Assembly: GCA_038212075.1 (NCBI GenBank)
Contig: JBBQUV010000001.1
Span: 99,200-163,199 of the forward strand
DNA length: 64,000 bases
Direction of reading: 5' to 3'
Source: Minisyncoccia bacterium
Lineage (GTDB): Bacteria; Patescibacteriota; Minisyncoccia; Phycocordibacterales; Phycocordibacteraceae
The number at the start of each line of letters is the position of its first letter. The stretch's first letter is position 1. This document shows positions 57,991 through 64,000 of this stretch, in pieces. A program made the translations under genes and the position numbers. The notes beneath the pieces were generated by a model. It was not told the DNA's origin. It did not search any database and worked only from the letters and a program-made list of their open reading frames with translations.

Positions 57991-58153
57991 GTTCTTCTCC
58001 TTGTGTTGTTGAACACCATTACCAAAGTACTATTTTTCTTTTTGTGCAACGTTTGCTGCCTTGTCCACGAAATCTATGAACTGCTCCTGAATCTGATGAT
58101 CCCGGAACAATACTGCGTTCACAAGAAATAGTCTTCCTTGAGACACCCCGTTT

Positions 58154-58612
58154 TTACTGCTTCAGCAAACCGATATGGACGAGGTAGTAATCCCAGTCCC
58201 GTCGGATAAGCCGGTGAGCAGTTTGATCGTAGGTCTCGTTTTTTGCACGAGTACCGGTAGAAGATTTGTCCAAGATGATGCGCGGTTTGTCGCCGCTCAC
58301 ATCCGTAAGGACAAATCGAACGCGCAACTGCGGCGGATTGTCATCACTTTCTGACCGCGTGACCGTAGCCACATAGTCAGAACTGATGGTTTTTCCACAG
58401 CGCGGAACATCGTTCCAGTTGATGTTAAACACTGCGCGGAAGTCTTCCACGTCGGTTGGAAACTTTCCAATGACGCAGATGTCAACCACACGATTTTGGT
58501 ACTTCTCGGACGGACCCGGAGGTGCGTCGGTTGAAATAGCATCGTCTGATGTGGCGCACCCAGTAAGCGCGAATGCCGCCACGAGAGTGGCCGCGATGAG
58601 ATGAAGTCTCAT
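58154..58612 (-). CDS. Putative lipoprotein (accessory)
   Basis: Lipobox LTGC after a hydrophobic leader; GGAGG SD; 4-bp overlap with the upstream gene. Confidence 0.7.
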   Translation of the reverse strand: MRLHLIAATLVAAFALTGCATSDDAISTDAPPGPSEKYQNRVVDICVIGKFPTDVEDFRAVFNINWNDVPRCGKTISSDYVATVTRSESDDNPPQLRVRFVLTDVSGDKPRIILDKSSTGTRAKNETYDQTAHRLIRRDWDYYLVHIGLLKQ

Positions 58613-59010
58613 AGCGTCCTCCAGTGGTGTTTTGCGGTCGGAACCTCGTCTGCAGGTTTCGCCGTCGGCACAATTGCCACCGTGGTGTCCGCGTGTGTAC
58701 GAACAACCGTGGGCTGATGACGTACGCGGTGATGCCGCGGGCGTTCCAGCGTCGCACGAACTGCGTGTGCGGGTGGGTTATACGTAGCGACCGTGCGGTA
58801 TCCCGCCGTATCGTACATATGATTCACCGCGCTCAGGAAGTTCGTTTTGATGAACCCGAAGACGAGCGCGACCCCAATGATGAGGACGGCAACGCTCAGG
58901 TTCACGGCTTTATGGCCGTTTACGACCCCGCGGTGTTCAAGCACGTAGCCAATGATGACCAGTGCGAGAACGAAAAACGCGAGGAATATGACGTGTCCGG
59001 TCGTGAACAT
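58609..59010 (-). CDS. Hypothetical two-TM protein with His/Arg/Pro-rich tail (accessory)
   Basis: AGGAG SD; two hydrophobic segments. Confidence 0.65.
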   Translation of the reverse strand: MFTTGHVIFLAFFVLALVIIGYVLEHRGVVNGHKAVNLSVAVLIIGVALVFGFIKTNFLSAVNHMYDTAGYRTVATYNPPAHAVRATLERPRHHRVRHQPTVVRTHADTTVAIVPTAKPADEVPTAKHHWRTL

Positions 59011-59056
59011 GCTGTACTCCTGTACAAGAACACCGCCTCTAGTGAGCGGCAAAGCA

Positions 59057-59085
59057 ATATTACACTATAAAAGCATTAGTGTCAA
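59057..59085 (-). promoter_or_regulatory. Sigma70-type promoter
   Basis: TTGACA-N17-TAATAT. Confidence 0.7.
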
Positions 59086-59090
59086 GTGCT

Positions 59091-60185
59091 TTAACTATGG
59101 AGAAATACCATCACGTCGCCATCAGCAACTACATACTCCTTCCCTTCTGTGCGCACTTTTGCGGCTTCGCGAGCGGCCGCATACGAACCTGCAGAAAGAA
59201 GATCTGCACATGCCACTACTTCGGCACGAATAAATTTGTCTTTAAAATCGGTATGAATGGCGGCACCGGCTTCTGGAGCCTTTGCACCTTTTGAAATTGT
59301 CCATGCACGGGATTCTTTAGGGCCAGTGGTGAAAAAAGTAATGAGTCCCAGCGTTTCGTATGCACCATGAATAAGTTCGGCAAGGCCGTTCACCTGTACA
59401 CCAAACTCTTGGCGAAATACTTCCTGATCACTATCCGCAACATCGTTTAGTTCGCGCTCAGTGTGCGCGTCTACTTGCACATATTTTGAACCAAGCGACG
59501 TGACAAGCTCATACGCACGTTCTGCACGTCCGTCATTCGCTTCGCTTATGTTGTGCCCTCCAGCCTTTCCATTGAAACAGTACAGAATCGGCTTCATGGT
59601 GAGCAGGTTCAAATGACGCACCAGTTTTACTTCTTCATCCGTAAGTGGCGCGGTGCGTGCCAAGCTTCCTTCAGAAAGAACGTGGGCAATTTTCTTAAAA
59701 GCTTCATTTTCCGCAATCGCTTCTTTCAGTCCTGCGCGTACATCGCGTTCCAATTTTTCCAAACGCTTACTCACCTGTTCACGGTCGGCAAGCACGAGCT
59801 CCAAGTTAATCACTTCAATATCGCGAACAGGGTCAACGTCTCCGTGCACGTGGGAAATGTCAGGGTCGTCAAAAAATCGCACCATTTGCAAAATAGCGTC
59901 CACTTCACGAATGTGGGTAAGGAACTGGTTACCCAAACCCTCACCTTCACTTGCACCCTTCACCAGCCCTGCAATATCAACAAACTCAATTGCCGCTGGA
60001 AGTGTCTTTTCGGAACCAGAAAGCTTCGCGAGCGCATTAAGACGAGCGTCAGGCACGCCGACTACACCCACAGACGGATCAATGGTGCAGAATGGGTAAT
60101 TCTCTGCCGGCACCGACTGCTTGGTAAGGGCATTAAAAAGCGTCGACTTGCCGACGTTCGGGAGCCCCACGATTCCGATCTTCAT
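59091..60185 (-). CDS. ychF: Redox-regulated ATPase YchF
   Basis: GLPNVGKST, NYPFCTIDP, DIAGLVKGAS, EGKEYVVADGD. Confidence 0.97.
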   Translation of the reverse strand: MKIGIVGLPNVGKSTLFNALTKQSVPAENYPFCTIDPSVGVVGVPDARLNALAKLSGSEKTLPAAIEFVDIAGLVKGASEGEGLGNQFLTHIREVDAILQMVRFFDDPDISHVHGDVDPVRDIEVINLELVLADREQVSKRLEKLERDVRAGLKEAIAENEAFKKIAHVLSEGSLARTAPLTDEEVKLVRHLNLLTMKPILYCFNGKAGGHNISEANDGRAERAYELVTSLGSKYVQVDAHTERELNDVADSDQEVFRQEFGVQVNGLAELIHGAYETLGLITFFTTGPKESRAWTISKGAKAPEAGAAIHTDFKDKFIRAEVVACADLLSAGSYAAAREAAKVRTEGKEYVVADGDVMVFLHS

Positions 60186-60230
60186 ATGCTGACTTTACGT
60201 GTTTAAAGGTAAAAAAGAAAGCACGAACGA

Positions 60231-60806
60231 TTATCTTCCCTTTCGGGCAAAGGATTCTACTTTTGCGATCCACTTAAGGCGTTTGGTTTCGGAAGCGGAT
60301 TCAGATGGGCCAAACGAAATGATGTTGGTATTGAAACCGGCAAAGCGAAGAATAGACCAGCCAATAGAAGCGGTGTAGTTACCAAATGCAATGTAGTCAA
60401 AAATTGGTAAGTTACTACAAAGAATAATCACGCGTGCGGAGCGGCCCTTAAGGAGTTTGTCCCAACCCAGTTTGTTTTTGTGCATTGAAAAGGCAAAGCG
60501 TGGAAGAAACATTCTGTCCCACATTCCTTTTAACAGAGCCGGCATGCCGCCCCACCAATTTGGAAATACTAAAACAAAGTGTTCACACCACGTGAGGTTT
60601 TGCTGAACAGTGAGGAGATCTGGCTCAAGATCCATACGTGAGCGGTAGCCATGGTGCAAAATTGGATCAAAATTGAGTTCACCAAGATTCATACGACGCA
60701 CTTCGTATCCTGCTTTTTTTGCCGCGCCTTCATACGCGTCGGCAAGCCGACGCGAGAGAGGATCCATGCTGGTATCCGGATGCCCAAGTAAAATAAAGAT
60801 TCTCAT
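60231..60806 (-). CDS. Flavodoxin-like NAD(P)H-dependent oxidoreductase
   Basis: LGHPD, FPNWWGGMPALLKGMWDR, LLKGRSA. Confidence 0.88.
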   Translation of the reverse strand: MRIFILLGHPDTSMDPLSRRLADAYEGAAKKAGYEVRRMNLGELNFDPILHHGYRSRMDLEPDLLTVQQNLTWCEHFVLVFPNWWGGMPALLKGMWDRMFLPRFAFSMHKNKLGWDKLLKGRSARVIILCSNLPIFDYIAFGNYTASIGWSILRFAGFNTNIISFGPSESASETKRLKWIAKVESFARKGR

Positions 60807-61327
60807 GACTGTTCTTCTATCTTCACACGGTCACGAGCAAGAACGCGCGCATATCCCCAAAACGCCGCAGAAACGAATATCGCGACAGCGTACGCAGAGA
60901 GGAGCAAGAGATACGGAAAAGAAAATGTTTGGAACGCATCAAGCACCAAAATCATCCACCAGCCAGCAAATACCATAGACGAGCCTACCCACCACGAGAC
61001 AAGGTCTCGTGAAAGCATCCAGCCAACCGCAGTGATAATAAGAATAAGGGTGTTTTGCATCCAGAGTGGCGCGTAGAGCACTGCTTCTGGGGAATTAGGC
61101 AAAAGATATTGCACCACAATAAGTGCAATGCCAGAAAGAAGCACGGTGGTCATGCCCCAGCGAAGTGACCAATACGTAGTGGCAAAGTATTCTCGCTCTT
61201 TTTCGGTAATGCGTCCGTCCGCAATGGCTTTGGTATAAAAAATTTCTGCAAACAACACACCACCTGCACCAAGTGCTGCACCAAGAAGGTGAAGAGCGGT
61301 GAGTGTGGCGGCGATTGCGGAGAGCAT
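60803..61327 (-). CDS. Hypothetical membrane protein
   Basis: About five TMs, HLLGAALGAGG. Confidence 0.72.
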   Translation of the reverse strand: MLSAIAATLTALHLLGAALGAGGVLFAEIFYTKAIADGRITEKEREYFATTYWSLRWGMTTVLLSGIALIVVQYLLPNSPEAVLYAPLWMQNTLILIITAVGWMLSRDLVSWWVGSSMVFAGWWMILVLDAFQTFSFPYLLLLSAYAVAIFVSAAFWGYARVLARDRVKIEEQS

Positions 61328-61329
61328 TG

Positions 61330-61560
61330 TTAGCGTTGGCCGAGCTGTTGTAGCTCGTTTCGGTATTTCTTCATCACCTCCATCGTCGCTTTCATTTCCG
61401 TCTCGCCACCTTTTTTGCGACGCTCCACTTCTTCACCAATTTTTTTAAAAAGATCTGGATTTTTTTCTACCAACCCCATGATCTGTTCCTGCTTTTCTGC
61501 AGGAACACCCTTCATCTTCCACTTCATTGCCTGACGCAAGAGAAAACTTTGTACTGACAT
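61330..61560 (-). CDS. Small hypothetical protein
   Basis: 76 aa, charged and helical, KNPDLF; -10 box 6 nt upstream. Confidence 0.72.
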   Translation of the reverse strand: MSVQSFLLRQAMKWKMKGVPAEKQEQIMGLVEKNPDLFKKIGEEVERRKKGGETEMKATMEVMKKYRNELQQLGQR

Positions 61561-61587
61561 AGGTACAGAATACCACAATCGCCCTAT

Positions 61588-61992
61588 CTAGCGATGGAGC
61601 AAAATATGCGCACGTAGTGTACGCGTCGCAAAGTACAGCGACAGCATAAATATGAGCGTAAGGAGTGTTGTTAAAAGGCCGGCAGTGAATGCCGACGTGA
61701 AGGTGTGATATCTGTTGAGTGCATCGCCGCCGTATATAAGCAGGCCAATGACGGAGAGAATAACGTTGAGCCATTGGACTCCACGCTGAACAGGGTTGGT
61801 AAGCCCAGCAATGAGAATCAGCGTAATAATCCACATAATCGCCACGATGTTTGAGACCGGAAGACTTGCCGTAGTGAACCCAGCGACAAGCATCACAATG
61901 GCCGCGGCAAGAAAAAGGCCACGAACAATGTCTCCGTAATAATGCACAGGAGGGCGAACTGCGTGATGACCCACTTCGGGTATCTCATCCAT
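61588..61992 (-). CDS. Hypothetical four-TM membrane protein
   Basis: HYYGDIVR, AGLTNP, hydrophobic segments. Confidence 0.72.
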   Translation of the reverse strand: MDEIPEVGHHAVRPPVHYYGDIVRGLFLAAAIVMLVAGFTTASLPVSNIVAIMWIITLILIAGLTNPVQRGVQWLNVILSVIGLLIYGGDALNRYHTFTSAFTAGLLTTLLTLIFMLSLYFATRTLRAHILLHR

Positions 61993-62026
61993 ATATATTC
62001 ATTATCACACGCTTTAGCCTTGCAAG

Positions 62027-62272
62027 CTAGAGCAGGACGGTGGCTTGGTTGTTTGAAATTTCAGCCACCCCACCCATCACGACAGGAAGTGTGTGCACTT
62101 TTCCTTCCGCGTCTTTAATGCGTGCTTCGCCCGCCTTCAATTCCGAAACGAAGGGTTCGTGGTGCGCAAGCACCGTAAACACGCCCTCAATTCCTGGAAG
62201 GGTTACCGACGTTGCCTCTCCGTCAAAAAGGTTTTCGCCGACTTTTGCTACGGTTAAGTGGAAGGTCTTCAT
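62027..62272 (-). CDS. atpC: ATP synthase F1 epsilon (N-terminal domain only)
   Basis: VTLPGIEGVFTVLAHHEP, GGVAEI; follows atpD. Confidence 0.92.
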   Translation of the reverse strand: MKTFHLTVAKVGENLFDGEATSVTLPGIEGVFTVLAHHEPFVSELKAGEARIKDAEGKVHTLPVVMGGVAEISNNQATVLL

Positions 62273-62294
62273 ACGCAGTTATGCACGGTGTGCA

Positions 62295-63674
<1,380 letters not shown>

Positions 63675-63693
63675 TTAGTTACTTTTACCAAAA

Positions 63694-63999
63694 TTATTGC
63701 TCTTGTGCGAGCGTATCGTGCTTAACCGGCATCCCAAGCACTTCAAGCGCCGTTACTTCTTTGCAAAGCTCTCGGTAGAGCGCAAAGAGCGCACCCTCCT
63801 CTTCTGTTGCGTTCTTTTCACTCCAAAGCCGTGAGTCAAGATGCCCTGGGTCGTCCATTTTTTCCTGCACGTGCGGGTTCCATGTACTTATCAATGTTTG
63901 CCAACTATCTATCACATCTTCTGAGTACGCGTATCTTGTAGCAGGTGAAGTCTTATCCGCTTCTTCAAGAGCACGGATAAGCTCTATTTTATGACTCTC
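63694..63999 (-). CDS. Hypothetical protein (5' end outside window; does not resemble AtpG)
   Basis: Frame open to the window edge (ESHKIELIRALEEADK...); C-terminus lacks the AtpG RQxxITxE motif. Confidence 0.55.
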   Translation of the reverse strand, partial: ESHKIELIRALEEADKTSPATRYAYSEDVIDSWQTLISTWNPHVQEKMDDPGHLDSRLWSEKNATEEEGALFALYRELCKEVTALEVLGMPVKHDTLAQEQ

Positions 64000-64000
64000 G

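Noticed and set aside
58031-58147. Short minus-strand ORF of about 30-38 aa after the lipoprotein gene
   Set aside because: GTG start, no recognisable motif; insufficient support

Overview
Gene-dense bacterial chromosomal window using genetic code 11. Gene content and style (GAD-less AspRS, C-Ala-less AlaRS, short ATP synthase epsilon, infA-rpmJ-rpsM-rpsK-rpsD-rpoA-rplQ-rplM-rpsI detached from secY, CCA-less tRNAs, lineage-type hypotheticals) point by inference to Patescibacteria/CPR, probably Parcubacteria. It holds six aminoacyl-tRNA synthetases, dnaB, recR, grpE-dnaK-dnaJ, the alpha operon, peptidoglycan genes, scpAB, DNA-repair genes, atpD-atpC, tRNA-Glu(CTC) and tRNA-Tyr(GTA), interspersed with single-gene accessory cassettes. 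The most unusual region is the accessory island at about 13.4-16.9 kb around tRNA-Glu. It contains (i) two tandem, diverged, highly structured non-coding units of 173 and 190 bp, each ending in a copy of the tRNA 3' end and carrying an internal antisense copy of the T-arm; (ii) a PIN-nuclease gene flanked by two small proteins sharing an R-x4-G-[QR]-[FW] motif, one enclosed by a 30-bp inverted repeat; (iii) a six-codon micro-ORF in a switch-like hairpin; and (iv) a possible ncRNA. Across the window, over 20 genes have a TAnnnT -10 box 6-8 nt before ATG (leaderless signature), whereas accessory genes have full promoters and Shine-Dalgarno sites. All calls come from motif recognition by eye; no searches were run.
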